Shown: piece by piece, positions 1-12,647 of the stretch | Layout: every line of letters starts with the position of its first letter | Numbering within the stretch: the first letter of the stretch is position 1 | NCBI RefSeq assembly: GCF_018977255.1 | Contig: NW_024704742.1 | Span: 93,560,001 to 93,624,000, forward strand | Direction: 5' to 3' | From: Callorhinchus milii | Taxonomy: Eukaryota | DNA length: 64,000 nucleotides | Made by a program: the position numbers and the translations under genes | Notes under the pieces: generated by a model | Seen by the model: the letters and a program-made list of their open reading frames with translations, nothing else | Databases searched by the model: none | What the model was told of the DNA's origin: nothing

Positions 1-1626
1 GAGATTAACATTAGTAAAGAGATGGTTCTAGGTAAATTGTCGGGTCTTAAAACCGATAAATCCCCTGGACCGGATGGCCTGCATCCGAGAGTTTTAAAGG
101 AGGTGGCTACTGAGATAGTGGATGGCATGTCTATAATCTTCCAAAAGTCTGTGGATACTGGAAAAGTTCCCATTGATTGCAAACATAACTCCACTAATTA
201 AGAAGGGTGGGAGAGAAAATAGGGAAACCTTTAGACCAGTTAGTTTGACGTCAGTTGTAGGGAAGATTCTTGAGTCCTTAATAAAAGACGTAGTTATGGG
301 ATACCTGGAAGACCATAAAAAGATTAGGCAGAGTCAACATGGCTTTACAAAAGGGAAGTCATGCTTGACTAACCTTTTAGAATTTTTTGAGGATGTATCC
401 AGCAGGTTGGATAAGGGGGAACCAGTAGATGTGGTATATTTGGATTTTAGGAAGGCATTTGACAAGGTGCCACACAAAAGGCTGTTACTCAAGATCAAGG
501 CCCACGGGATTAATGGGAAAATATTAACATGGATAGAAGAGTGGCTATCGGGTAGAAAGCAGAGAGTAGTGATAAACGGATCATTCTCGAATTGGCAGGA
601 TGTAACTAGTGGAGTGCCACAAGGATCAGTGCTTGGGCCTCAGCTATTTACCATTTACATCAATGATCTGGACGAGGACATTGAATGTAATGTGTCTAAA
701 TTCGCGGATGATACTAAACTAGGTAGCAGAGTGAGCTCTCAGGATGATGCAAAAAGATTGCAACAAGATATAGATAGGCTAGGGGAGTGGGCAAGTAGGT
801 GGCAGATGGAATTCAATGTTAGCAAGTGTGAAATTATTCACCTAGGTAGCAAGAATAAAAGAACAGATTATTTTCTGGAAGGGGAGAAGTTAGATAGTGT
901 TAGTATTCAAAGGGATTTGGGTGTCCTTGTACACCAGTCCCAAAAAGTTAGTTTGCAGGTGCAGTAAGCAACTAAGAAGGCGAACGGCATGTTAGCGTTC
1001 ATTTCGAAAGGTTTAGAATATAAGAGTAGGGAAGTCTTGCTGCAACTGTATAGGGCTTTGGTGAGACCGCACCTAGAGTATTGTGTGCAGTTTTGGTCTC
1101 CTTATTTAAAAAAGGACATACTTGCCCTAGAGGGGGTGCAGCGTAGATTCACTCGGTTAGTTCCTGGGATGAGGGGACTGACCTATGAGGATAGGCTGAA
1201 TAAACTAGGGCTGTATTCTCTAGAGTACAGAAGAATTAGGGGGGATCTTATTGAAACTTATAAGATTCTTAAAGGGCTGGATAAAGTAGACACAGAGGGA
1301 CTGTTTCCCCTGAGAATCTATAACCAGGGGTCACAGTCTTAAAATTAAGGGTCAGCCTCTTAGAACAGAGTTGAGGAAACATTTCTTCACTCAGAGGGTA
1401 GTGAACTTATGGAATTCACTACCCCAGAAGGCTGTAGATGCTCAGTCCTTGAACATTTTCAAGGCTGAGACTGATAGATTCTTGAAAAATAGAGGGATTA
1501 GGGGATATGGGGATAGCGCAGGTAATCAGAGTTAGGTGAGAAGATCAGCCATGATCTTATTGAATGGCGGAGCAGGCACGAAGGGCCGAATGGCCTACTC
1601 CTGCTCCTAATTCTTATGTTCTTATA
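1..1626 (+). mobile_element. CR1-clade LINE, 3' part of ORF2 (reverse transcriptase) plus 3' UTR; disrupted
   Basis: ORFs 173-967 and 989-1342 contain RT motifs RPVSLTSVVGK, QHGF..GKSCLTNL, YLDFRKAFDKV, SGVPQGSVLGP, KFADDTK and [15 protein letters not shown]. Stop at 965-967, frameshifts near 173 and 1310. Ends in a TTCTTATG-type tail at ~1611-1625. Runs off the left edge and lies in HSD17B3 intron 3. Confidence 0.95.
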
Positions 1627-1673
1627 ACTAGTAAATTCTAATGATACACAACTAATAAATAATAATAAACACA

Positions 1674-1800
1674 AGGCAAAATACTGCAGATGCTGGAAAT
1701 CTGAAAGAGAAAGTCGCTGGGAACACTCAGCAGGTCAGGCAGCATCTATGGATAGAGGACAGTGAGTTAACATTTCAGGCCGATGACCTTTCGGCAGAAA
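1674..1800 (-). mobile_element. Penelope-like element terminal-repeat fragment with degenerate minimal hammerhead motif
   Basis: Near copy of 25958-26091. Minus strand reads CTGcCGA-AAGGTC-ATC-GGCCT-GAAAtGTT-AACT followed by ...GATGCTGCCTGACCTGCTGAG. Confidence 0.6.
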
Positions 1801-1802
1801 AA

Positions 1803-2210
1803 TAATAATACTTGCATTTGGTATAATGCCTTATCACATCATCGAGACATCTCAAAGGGTTTCACAGATATACTGTAATGTATTGATTGTATTCTCTGGG
1901 CAAGCTCAGGACCAGTTTATACACACAAACAGCTATGGAGTGTGTGAACAATTTTATTTGGGGGAATTGTTGGCTAGGACACTGGGAGAAACTCCCTTCT
2001 CTTTTTGAGTAGTCCCATGGGATCTTTAACATCCACTTGATCAGGCAGACAGTACCTTGGTTTAACATCTCATCTGAAGAGATATTACCTCTGACAATGC
2101 CCAGAACTACACTGGAATGTTAACTTTGGCTATGTGATTCTAACACGAGTCTTGAACCCACAACCTTCTGACTCAGAGGCTATATTGCTACCACTGTGTC
2201 AGACTGACCT
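1803..2210 (-). mobile_element. Old tRNA-headed SINE (HE1/SacSINE1-like, Deu-domain type)
   Basis: Minus strand has GCCTCTGAGTCAGAAGGTTGTGGGTTCAAG head, CAGATGAGATGTTAAACCAAGG core and an L2-like tail. Related copies at 5897, 18470, 20070, 23820 and 36124. Confidence 0.7.
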
Positions 2211-2301
2211 ACACAAACATTACCTACTTGTTCACAAAGTCGTAAATATTTTTGATGTTTAACTGGAAAAATATTACTAACAGAAAACATGATAACCTTA
2301 C

Positions 2302-2377
2302 CAATTTCATCTGCAACCTTTGTTAACTTCTCCTGAGTTCTGCTAACAAGTACAATGTTTAACCCACGTCTGGCAAG
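2302..2377 (-). CDS. HSD17B3: 17-beta-hydroxysteroid dehydrogenase 3, coding exon 3 (LARRGLNIVLVSRTQEKLTKVADEI)
   Basis: 76-nt exon with acceptor ttccctgcAG and donor G|GTAAG, in phase with exon 2. Matches the SDR segment LAKRGLNVVLISRTLEKL of vertebrate HSD17B3. Confidence 0.9.
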
Positions 2378-2501
2378 CTGCAGGGAAGAATATTGTTTCA
2401 TAACATTATCAGTTTTGAAAGGCAGTTGGTCGAATAAATGGCAATTTCTAAAGTGATTACTTAATAAAGAAACTGGAAGCAATTCAGAACTCCACTCCAA
2501 T

Positions 2502-2818
2502 ATAATAATAATAATCCTTGCATTTGATATAGCGCTTTTCACGTCGGGTGGACGTCCCAAAGCGCTTCACAGAACACACTGTAAAGTGAACTGACTGTAT
2601 ATTTGTGGGCAAACGCGGCAGCCAATTGAGCATAGCAATGTCCCACAAACAGTCGTAGGTTGAAAATGACCAATTTATTATTGTTTTGGGTTTTGGAGGG
2701 ATTATTATTAGGCGTGTGGAGTAAGGAAACTAGCCCAAGGTTTCGCCCTGCCTGGAATTGAACTCAGGTCTCTCGCTTGCAAAGTGAGTGCTCTAACCAC
2801 TGAGCTACAGGACTCCAC
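2502..2818 (-). mobile_element. Young tRNA-derived SINE (short subfamily), full length
   Basis: GTGGAGTCCTGTAGCTCAGTGGTTAGAGC head (A box), GAGTTCAATTCC (B box), L2-like 3' end and (ATT)n tail. Confidence 0.9.
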
Positions 2819-4570
2819 GATATCATATTGACGCAGAATTCCTGTGGTTTGGCAGAACATGCTTCATATGAAGAAGTGCACACTTGAATTCTTTATAATA
2901 TTGACTCTTATTAGCCCCCATTTTATTAAAATTAACAAAATGATCCTTTTCATCATTAATATCCTGCAGGTTGCAGGATGTTTTGCAGGCTTAGAAATGC
3001 AATCTGTAAGTTTTTAGAGCTCCCAGTATACACTTTATGGGGATTACAATTGTTCGATGTGGTAATGTGATAACCGTGTGATAACCACCAGAAGTAACAG
3101 ATTCAAGTGTGTCTGTTTAGCACTGAACAACATCAACCGATTTTTCTCCTACAAATTGTTTTCCCATTAGCTTTGGCTCAAGTAGCAAATGTAAGAAATA
3201 TAAATAATTTTTGTTGAATAAGTATTTTCCAGCCAAGAAGCATGATATCTGTGCTCTGAATATTTCTTATATAAGAGTCTCCCAATTGGGCTGAGGCCTT
3301 AGGTCTCATAAAATGTGCACCAGTACCTCTAAAAACTTAAGCAATTGACGTCATCTTGCGAACTTGCAGACATGAAAAGGATCATTTTCTTGTTGTAACA
3401 AATTGGGGACGGATAAGCATCAATAAAATTAGATTTTAAAAATTAGCATCAAGTACTCTGAATACAACAAAGTGCCTATGGACAGCTATATAAGTCTCCC
3501 CTGCCTGGTATAGTGAAGCCTATTAGAATGCAGTGGTTCTGATCCATAATTTAAAAAAATCAGGGTAGCATCTCAGAGCAGGCCTTCGTACTTTCCACGT
3601 GATTTTCGGGGCATTAGATCACTAACATCACCTTTCGTTTGCTGCCCATGCCCAAAGCAGGAAGTGATGTTGGTGGTGACCCGATGACCCGAATGTTAGG
3701 CCATTTTAGCTTTCACACTCTAAAAACTGGCCGGTCAGTACTCATAGAACGAACCAGCTGGCTGCGTGAAGGGTGCTATATAAATCCAAGCTGTTGTTGT
3801 TGAATGGGTGCAATATAACCAAATTTTGATGGAAAAGAGGCGCTTTACAGTATATTGTGTAAAGTGCTTAGAGACGTCTCAAAGACGTGATAAGGCGCTA
3901 TATCAAATGCAAGAATTATTATTATTAACAATGGGGCTGCATTGTAATGTAGCTCACAATTCCACTTAGTGTTAGACAGTAAGACTATTTGTCCTACATT
4001 TTAAGAAATTCAATATTAATTTTTGCAGATGGTTCTTTTTAAGAACTGCAAAAACAGCTTCCTAATTAAACGCCATCTTGTTTTGCCTCTGGTTTTATGG
4101 ATATGAATCACTGTGTTATTACAAAGCTCTACGAGAAGCATTTGTGTGAATTAATTGTGAAAAAAATCAGAAGATATACGTTGTATCTGGTAAAAATGTA
4201 ACTTTTAAAGCTTTGATGTTTAATTTAAAAAAGTGCATTCATTTGCATTTCACCCTCAAAGTAAATGATAGATTTTCTTGCTTTGATCACACTGACATTT
4301 GACCTTTAGCCCACAAATATACAGTCAATTCACTTTACAGTATATTCTGTGAAGCGCTTTGAGACGTATAGAAGACGCGAAAAGGGCTATATCAAATGCA
4401 AGGATTATTATCATCATTATTTTCTAATACCATTTTCCTAATTAGCTTTGACCTTTTAATAACATTTTCCAGCATTATTACAATGGCAGAATACCAATAG
4501 GAAATTGAGCTGCTGGAATTACAAAATTAATTATTCAACCTTGTAATACGAAGAAATTCTGGTAACTTAC

Positions 4571-4617
4571 CTCATGTGCGTATTCCTTACCAATTCCATC
4601 TGATGCACCAGTGATAA
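4571..4617 (-). CDS. HSD17B3: HSD17B3 coding exon 2 ([V]ITGASDGIGKEYAHE; Rossmann TGxxxGIG motif)
   Basis: 47-nt exon with acceptor tttttAG and donor GAG|GTAAG. Completes the split Val codon from exon 1. Confidence 0.92.
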
Positions 4618-5256
4618 CTAAAAACAAATACATTTGGACAATTTACTGCAGGATTTACCAAGTCAAAAGGTCACACTTTCTGACTGATTGAGAAACCAAG
4701 AAAGCCAAGTCACCATCAAAATTCAAGACAGTAGGAGAGAGGATAAAATTAAAAAGTGGTGATTAGATGACACTGAGATTGGGTTTCAAATGCAGGTTGA
4801 AACAGGAAGGGAATACTCAATGAGAAAATAAAATCTCTTTTATACAAACTGAAAACTTGTTTGTTACCATAGCCAATTTTTAAAGGGAAGTGGCTAAATT
4901 AATCCCTAGAAGGTGACCTCATTGGAAGGTGGCCCAATTCAGCCCATTTTTACATCATGTTTCAGCTTCTGGTACTGTATTGAAATTTCCCCCCTATATT
5001 AAGTAACAATGAAGTATGTTCTGGCCAAATTTCCTACCTAATCCAAACGTGTTTCAATTGGCTTCTCAATATATCTTTGTGGATGTTGCTTACATGAATT
5101 ATAAATAAAAATAATATTGTTATCTCATTCAGCAAAGCTATTCAAGACCTGTATTTCGTGTGAGGTGCCATGTAAATGTATATTATGTTGTAACGTTTCA
5201 GTAAAGTAAATTGATTGATAAATCTACAAGCAACCACATACTTGGATGCAAGGAAA

Positions 5257-5571
5257 ATAATAATAATAATAATAATCCTTGCATTTGATATAGCGCTTTT
5301 CACGTCATGAGGACGTCCCAAAGCGCTTCACAGAACACACTATAAAGTGAATTGACTGTATATTTGTAGGCGAACGCGACAGCCAATTGCGCACAGCAAT
5401 GTCCCACAAACAGTCGTAGATTGACAATTTAATTATTGTTTTTGTTTTTTGGAGGGATTATTATTAGGCGTGTGGAGTAAGGAAACTTGCCCAAGGTTTC
5501 GCCCTCTGCCTGGAATTGAACTCAGGTCTCTCACTTGCAAAGCGAGTGCTCTAACCACTGAGCTACAGGAC
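5257..5571 (-). mobile_element. Young tRNA-derived SINE (short subfamily)
   Basis: Same family as 2502-2818. Confidence 0.9.
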
Positions 5572-5896
5572 ATAGCTTTCATATGCTTGTTTCATCTTTT
5601 AAGAAAAAAATATTGGGTTAAAGATATAATGCTATATCAGGATTAATTGTGTTTGAGTTATTAATAAAAAGGGACCATTTGGCAATTAATTAGCATATTT
5701 ACAGATACTATCAACAACATTCCACATGAGCATTTAAGATAATCCGCAGCTTGTTTTCAGATTCATCTGGTTCCTGCATTTGAATGAGGGTTGATAGAAA
5801 AGACAAGCTTCTATCCTTCCGTCTATCAATGCAAATTTTGAGACAACTTGATCATCCACATTTCTGCGGCACTAATTGGGCAACACTATCGTTTTG

Positions 5897-6428
5897 GTGT
5901 CAGCCTGGCTCAGTTGGTAGGACTCTCGCCTCCGTGTCAGTAGGTTATGGATTGAAGTCTGATGTTGGGGACTTTAAGCTCACGGTTTATGCTGCCACTT
6001 AGTACAACATTAAACCAAGGTCCTGTCTTCCTGCTCAGGTAGATACTAATGATCCTATGGCATTATTTAAAAGGAGAAGGGATTTTCACCTTTTGCCTGG
6101 CTAACAATCCTTCAGAAAAATTGCTCATTCGTTCATTCATTGCAAGTGAGAGTCCTGAGTTCTATTCTAGGCAGCGCAAAATGTTGGGCAAGTTTCCTTA
6201 CTCCATATGCCTCTGTTTACCTAGCAGTTAGTAGGAACCCAGTTGTTAGTTAATTCGCGGATTGCTTTTCTGGGGATAATAATCATTCAAAAAAAACAAT
6301 AAAATTTGGTCACTCAATCCACGACTGTTTGTGGGACGTTGCTGTGCGCAATTGGTTTCCACGTTTCGCCCACAAATGTACAGTCAACTCACTGTACAGT
6401 ATTTTCTGTAAAGCGCTTTGAGACATTT
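5897..6428 (+). mobile_element. Deu-type SINE fragment followed by a partial long-subfamily tRNA SINE
   Basis: GTCAGCCTGGCTCAGTTGGTAG head at 5898. From ~6148 matches the SINE body with the CTCTGTTTACCTAGCAG segment. Confidence 0.7.
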
Positions 6429-6454
6429 AGTTTCTATAGAGCCAACTTTCTATA

Positions 6455-7100
6455 GTTGAATGTCAGCAAGACCGAGGCTCTCCTGATTGGCTCACATCAG
6501 TGCCTCTCCACCTCATGAACTCGCACATTGCACAACTCCTCCACTCCCTCACCCTTCAGGTTTCCAAAACCCTTTAGATTCCTTATTGCAACCAGGCTCA
6601 ACTATGTTAACTCTTTCCTCCACGAGCTGCAGATCATCCAGAACTCTGCCGATCGTGTACTCTCACGCACCAGGCTCCGTGACCCCATCACACCCACCCT
6701 CGCCCGACTCCACTGGCTCCCCATCCCTCAGAGGATCGAGTTCAAAATTCTTGTACTCATCTTCAAGGCCCTCCATGGCTTTGCTCCCTCCTACCTCTCC
6801 GACCCTTATCAATCTGTCTGCTCCCTCCGTTCAGCAGGCTCCAGCCCGCTTCATGTTACCCACCCCGCCATCGACGATCAGGACTTCAGTCTCTCTGCCC
6901 TCACCCTCTGGAACTCCATCCCACATTCCTTTCGCCTCACTCCCTCCCATGCCTCCTTCAAGGAATGCCTCAAGACCCTCCTCTTCAACCATGCTTTCGG
7001 CCACTCTCCTACTCTCTCTGCCCTCCACCCTCCCTGATACCAACCGCCACCACCCCCCGACTGTTCGGTGCCCTGGGATGTGAAAGGCGCTTTACGAAGG
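6455..7100 (+). mobile_element. L2-clade LINE 3' fragment
   Basis: ORF 6528-7037 has LQIIQNSA..., ITPTLARLHWLPIPQRIEFKIL and APSYLSD. Tail GATGTGAAAGGCGCT. Confidence 0.9.
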
Positions 7101-7507
7101 TAATTTAGTATTGTATCGTCTAGAAGACGTGAAAAGCGCTCCATCAAATGCAAGGATTATTATATCAACCACGAGGATAATTAGTATTAACCTTTAAAAC
7201 ATCAGGTGGGGGATACGAGACAACAGACGAGGGCAATTCATGGGTCAGGACAAGTTACACGTTCAATTCGGCTACGTCTCCTGAAGTTTTTCATCTGCCG
7301 CCGAAATAAAACCTGACCCAATTGAGAACTGCCAATTCCGGGCAGGAATATTTCTGACCAGCAACGAAGACTCGAAGCAAAATAAGTCTCATACCCGAAA
7401 AAGGGGGGGGGGACAGCAAAGCGATGAAGAATTTACTGAGGTGAGCATCAGAGGTAAACCTGGGACTAAGACACATAAAAGTTCAGAGTCAGTTGTCCAG
7501 TTGTCCA

Positions 7508-7558
7508 GTCACTCACAACTCACTCACACACACTCACACTCACACTCACACTCACACA
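7508..7558. repeat. (CA)/(CTCA) microsatellite just inside intron 1
   Basis: cactcacacacactcacactcac... beginning a few nt from the exon 1 donor. Confidence 0.85.
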
Positions 7559-7564
7559 ACTTAC

Positions 7565-7709
7565 CTGCCCATTCACCCATGCCACTGAAAAACGAATGAG
7601 GGACTTTGTGCCACCTGGTGAAATATAAATACCTCAGGCACTTCATTACTTTCAGGAAAAAATGCAAAAGGGTGAGAACCCCGAACGCAGTGAAGACGAG
7701 CTCCGACAT
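7565..7709 (-). CDS. HSD17B3: HSD17B3 coding exon 1 (MSELVFTAFGVLTLLHFFLKVMKCLRYLYFTRWHKVPHSFFSGMGEWA)
   Basis: ATG at 7709-7707 in GCAATG context, hydrophobic N-terminal anchor, phase-1 donor G|GTAAG. W..VP.SFF..MGEWA matches HSD17B3 (WKVLPKSFLRSMGQWA) better than the paralog HSD17B12. Confidence 0.88.
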
Positions 7710-7875
7710 TGCAGCTGCGACTCGAGCAGCAGCGCAACACCTCCACTCACAGCGCCCAAACCCCAACTCCACTCCACTCACTCCACTCCCGGTTGGTTTT
7801 GACGGTCAGGGCTTTCTGCGGTGTCTCCCAATCTGTCAGTCACACACTGGGTGGCCACGGTAACCTCAAACCGGC

Positions 7876-7885
7876 GACCAATCAG
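7876..7885 (+). promoter_or_regulatory. CCAAT/NF-Y box in the putative HSD17B3 promoter
   Basis: GACCAATCAG, a full RRCCAATSRG consensus ~170 nt upstream of the ATG in a CpG-enriched stretch. Confidence 0.6.
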
Positions 7886-7912
7886 CAGCGGCTCCACCTC
7901 TCAACTATCTCT

Positions 7913-8354
7913 CCCCCCCACCACACCCATCTCCTCCCCCCCCCCCCCCCACCCCACCCCACCCAACTCCCCACCCCACCCCACCCACCAAACACCCCAC
8001 CCCACCCACCCAACTCCCCACCCCAACCAACTCCCCACCCCACCCACCCAAACACCCCACCCAACTCCCCACCCCACCCACCAAACACCCCACCCCATCC
8101 AACTCCCCACCCCATCCAACTCCCCACCCCACCCCACCCAACTCCCCACCCCACCCCACCCAACTCCCCACCCCACCCATCCCCACCCCACCCAACTCCC
8201 CCACCCCACCCCAACTCCCCACCCCACCCCACCCAACTCCCCACCCCATCCAACTCCCCACCCCATCCAACTCCCCACCCCACCCACCCAACTCCCCACC
8301 CACCCAACTCCCCACCCCCACCCACCCAACTCCCCACCCAACTCCTCCCCCCAC
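7913..8354. repeat. C-rich/G-rich minisatellite, main unit 17 bp CCAACTCCCCACCCCAC (short copy)
   Basis: Direct inspection; interleaved shorter (~13-bp) and CCATCC variants. Confidence 0.95.
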
Positions 8355-8425
8355 AACTGGATGGTGGTACAATTTTTATTTCAAATTACCAGGGCATGAT
8401 GGCAGCCATAGATAGGCAAGTGTCC

Positions 8426-8476
<51 letters not shown>

Positions 8477-8877
8477 CCTCGCATTCCAAGAATTAGGAAG
8501 CAAGGATATGATTATAATAATATTATTATTATTATTATTATATTCAGGGATATAATAATAATACTCCTTGCATTCGATGTAGCGCCTTAACATGCCTTCG
8601 GGATGGCTCAAAGCGGTTGTCTAGTTACCCGACAGTATGCATTATTCTCACAAACGGGCGGCTGTGATCAGGGTCTCGGAGATGGGTTCAACTTGCTGAC
8701 GACCTGTGCTGTTGCCTCAGGTGGTCCTCACTCAACTAACTGCATGCACGCTACATTATAGTTGATCTGTAATTCCAAAGTGAATGATAACTGAGATGCA
8801 ATGGCATATAAATCTAAATTATGGGCAGAACAGCAATAGATTTGTTTCTGAACTGTATGTCACCAGGTTTGAGCGCC

Positions 8878-9118
8878 TTGCAATCTGTCTTTATGTTCCT
8901 AGCTAGTTTGCCCTCATAATCCATTTTCCCCCCCTTTCTAATCAGTTTCTTAGTTTTTCTTTGTTGGACATTTTGAAGCCCTCCCAATCCTCGGGTTTAC
9001 TGCTCTTTTCGGCAGTATTACAGGTCTCTTCTTTTAGTTGTTTACTTTCCCTAACTGCTCTAGTTAGCCCTAGTTGAATCACTTTTCCTATGATATTTTT
9101 ATTCCTCAAGGGAATGTG
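8878..9118 (-). mobile_element. CR1 ORF2 internal fragment (duplicated at ~13150-13390)
   Basis: Minus strand translates, across frameshifts, as IPLRNKN...KSSKPEDWEGFK...MDYEGKLARNIKTDCK, the CR1 endonuclease-RT linker. Confidence 0.75.
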
Positions 9119-10345
9119 TGATTGGATATGTGATCCTTTACTCAGGAACCGAACAATTTCGACTGCATAATAGCTTATTTGACTACACTTGTGTGTTTTG
9201 AATACGTGACAGCTTATCTCCTTCTTCCCAAGGCTGGTGTTCGTCTTTCCTCAACTTTTCATGCAGACTGCTCCCTCTTAACTGATAGAAAAACATTCAT
9301 GTTATTAACAGATGTTTGTAATGGTTCGGGTACGAAATGGTGTTATTCGCCATTTTGATTCATATAAGCAAGAATAACAACTTAACATTTATAATTTGAT
9401 GCGGCCCTGCCTTACAACATTTCATTACATAGATGATATTCTAAGACCTGGGACCGATTCTGTGTGAGGGCTGACAGCGCAGACTCTACGACTGATGTTG
9501 CAACCAAGGACTTTCTTGCTTCTGCAGCTGAAGAGTTCCAAACCTGGATTCTCCAACTTGCCTTGGAGTTATCTAGCGCTGGTCAACAAGACTCTCTGTG
9601 AGGCACGCAATCCGTCAGTGTTCCAGAGTGCACTGTGTTTTCTTACCACAAGGAGGGTGAACCTAATGTGACTGAGATCTACAAAGGAATCACTGATTTA
9701 GATAGATTTTAAGGTGGTGCTCACTGCACATGTGTGGCATGCATTGGAGGCTCATGGGTTGATCAGGAAGGAATAGGCTGGCATCTGTGTAGGACAGGTG
9801 ATGGAGAACATCAAGATATCTGGCACTTCACAAGCTGTCATGTAAAGGTCCTCCCTGAAGGTAGATATTTTGCCATTGAAAGCTCTGTCGCCCAATTCCA
9901 GAACAGATACGTTTGTGAGACATTTCTGTGCACAAATTCACCTACAAAATACAGTCGCTACACTTTACCTCCCAGCATGAAAGGTATTATATCAAATTCA
10001 AGGATTATTAATTATAAATAATAATATTATCATAATATGAAGTGTTTTCCAGCATTAAGAGTTAATCAAAATTTCAAGCCCCATAGTCAGATAGGTTGGG
10101 GGCTTATTGATAATGTGTCTGAATAGTTCACACCTCTGGCTCTCAGGTTTGGGATAAATAAATTAAATTAACGAAAGATATACTACATGTAGAAAGATAT
10201 ACTACATGTAGAAAATACATGTGCTCCATGAATGGGACACAACTTGTTGAAACAAATCTATGGGTTCACTCATTACTCACCAAGTCAAAACAATGTGAGG
10301 CAGCAATAAATTAATCAGCAGCGGCTCCACCTCTCAACTATCTCT

Positions 10346-12647
10346 CCCCCCCACCACACCCATCTCCTCCCCCCCCCCCCACCCCACCCAACTCCCCACC
10401 CCACCCACCAAACACCCCACCCCACCCCACCCAACTCCCCACCCCACCCACCAACACCCCACCCACCCCACCCAACTCCCCACCCAACTCCCCACCCCAC
10501 ACTCCCCACCCAACTCTCCACCCCACCCAACTCCCTACCCCACCCAACTCCCCACCCCCACCCCACCCAACTCCCCACCCACCCAACTCCCCACCCCACC
10601 CCACCCCACCAACTCCACCCACCCACCAACTCCCCTCCCCACCCAACTCCCCACCCCACCAACTCCCCACCCCACCCACCCAACTCCCCACCCCACCCAA
10701 CCAACTCCCACCACCCCCACCCCACCCAACTCCCCACCCCACCCACCAACCCCCACCCCACCCAACTCCCCACCCACCCAACTCCCCAACCCCCCACCCA
10801 ACCCAACTCCCACCCCTCCCAACTCCCCACCCCACCCAACTCCCCATCCACCCAACTCCCCATCCACCCAACTCCCCATCCACCCAACTCCCCACCCACC
10901 CAACTCCCCACCCCACCCAACTCCCCACCCCACCCACTCCCCACCCCACCCACCAACCCCCACCCCACCCAACTCCCCACCCCACCCACCCACCCCACCC
11001 CACCCACCCAACTCCCCACCCCACCCAACTCCCCACCCCACCCCAACTCCCCATCCACCCAACTCCCCATCCACCCAACTCCCCATCCACCCAACTCCCC
11101 ATCCACCCAACTCCTCCCCCCCACCCACCCCACCCAACTCCCCACCCCACCCAACTCCCCCCACCCCACCCAACTCCCCACCCCACCCCAACCCCCACCC
11201 CACCCACCCCCACCCCACCCAACTCCCCACCCCACCCCCCCCCCACCCCACCCAACTCCCCACCCACCCAACTCCCCCCACCCCACCCCACCCAACTCCC
11301 CACCCCCACCCCACCCACCCCCACCCACCCACCCCCACCCACCCACTCCCCACCCCCCCCCACCCCCCCCCACCCACCCAACTCCCCACCCACCCAACTC
11401 CCCACCCCACCCAACTCCCCACCCCACCCAACTCCCCACCCCACCCAACTCCCCACCCCACCCAACTCCCCACCCCACCCAACTCCCCACCCCACCCAAC
11501 TCCCCACCCACCCACCCCACCCCCCCAACTCCCCACCCACCCAACTCCCCACCCCACCCCAACCCAACTCCCCACCCCACCCAACTCCCCACCCACCCAA
11601 CTCCCCACCCACCCAACTCCCCACCCATCCAACTCCCCACCCACCCAACCCAACTCCCCACCCCACCCACCCAACTCCCCACCCCACCCAACTCCCCACC
11701 CCACCCAACTCCCCCACCCCACCCAACCCCAACTCCCCACCCCACCCAACTCCCCACCCCACCCAACTCCCCACCCCATCCAACTCCCCACCCCACCCAA
11801 CTCCCCACCCCACCCAACTCCCCACCCAACTCCCCACCCCACCCCAACCCAACTCCCCACCCCACCCAACTCCCCACCCCACCCCCCCCACCCCACCCAA
11901 CTCCCCCCCCACCCCACCCAACTCCCCACCCCACCCAACTCCCCACCCACCCAACTCCCCACCCACCCAACTCCCCACCCCACCCCAACTCCCCCCACCC
12001 AACTCCCCACCCCCCCACCCACCCCCCCACCCAACTCCCCACCCCACCCAACTCCCCACCCCACCCAACTCCCCACCCCCACCCAACTCCCCACCCCACA
12101 CCCCACCCAACTCCCCCACCCCACCCAACTCCCCACCCACCCAACTCCCCACCCCACCCAACTCCCCACCCCACCCAACTCCCCACCCCACCCAACTCCC
12201 CACCCCACCCAACTCCCCACCCCACCCAACTCCCCACCCCACCCAACTCCCCACCCCACCCAACTCCCCACCCCACCCAACTCCCCACCCACCCAACTCC
12301 CCACCCACCCAACTCCCCACCCACCCAACTCCCCACCCCACCCACCCAACTCCCCACCCACCCAACTCCCCACCCACCCAACTCCCCACCCCATCCAACT
12401 CCCCACCCACCCAACCCAACTCCCCACCCCACCCACCCAACTCCCCACCCCATCCAACTCCCCACCCACCCAACTCCCCACCCCACCCAACCCAACTCCC
12501 CACCCACCCAACTCCCCACCCCATCCAACTCCCCACCCCATCCAACTCCCCACCCCACCCAACTCCCCACCCCACCCAACCCAACTCCCCACCCCACCCA
12601 ACTCCCCACCCCATCCAACTCCCCACCCACCCAACTCCTCCCCCCAC
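10346..12647. repeat. C-rich/G-rich minisatellite (expanded ~2.3-kb copy)
   Basis: Same 17-bp unit and same flanks as 7913-8354. The long G/W/V-rich ORFs here are by-products of the repeat. Confidence 0.95.

Noticed and set aside
9430..10021. Possible coding exon or ORF in the duplicated unit
   Set aside because: No recognisable homology; the ORF end runs into a SINE tail.
7913..12647. Immunoglobulin switch-like region or CRISPR-like array
   Set aside because: GGGGT-rich but lacks AGCT motifs and any Ig segments; there are no unique spacers, and the context is vertebrate.
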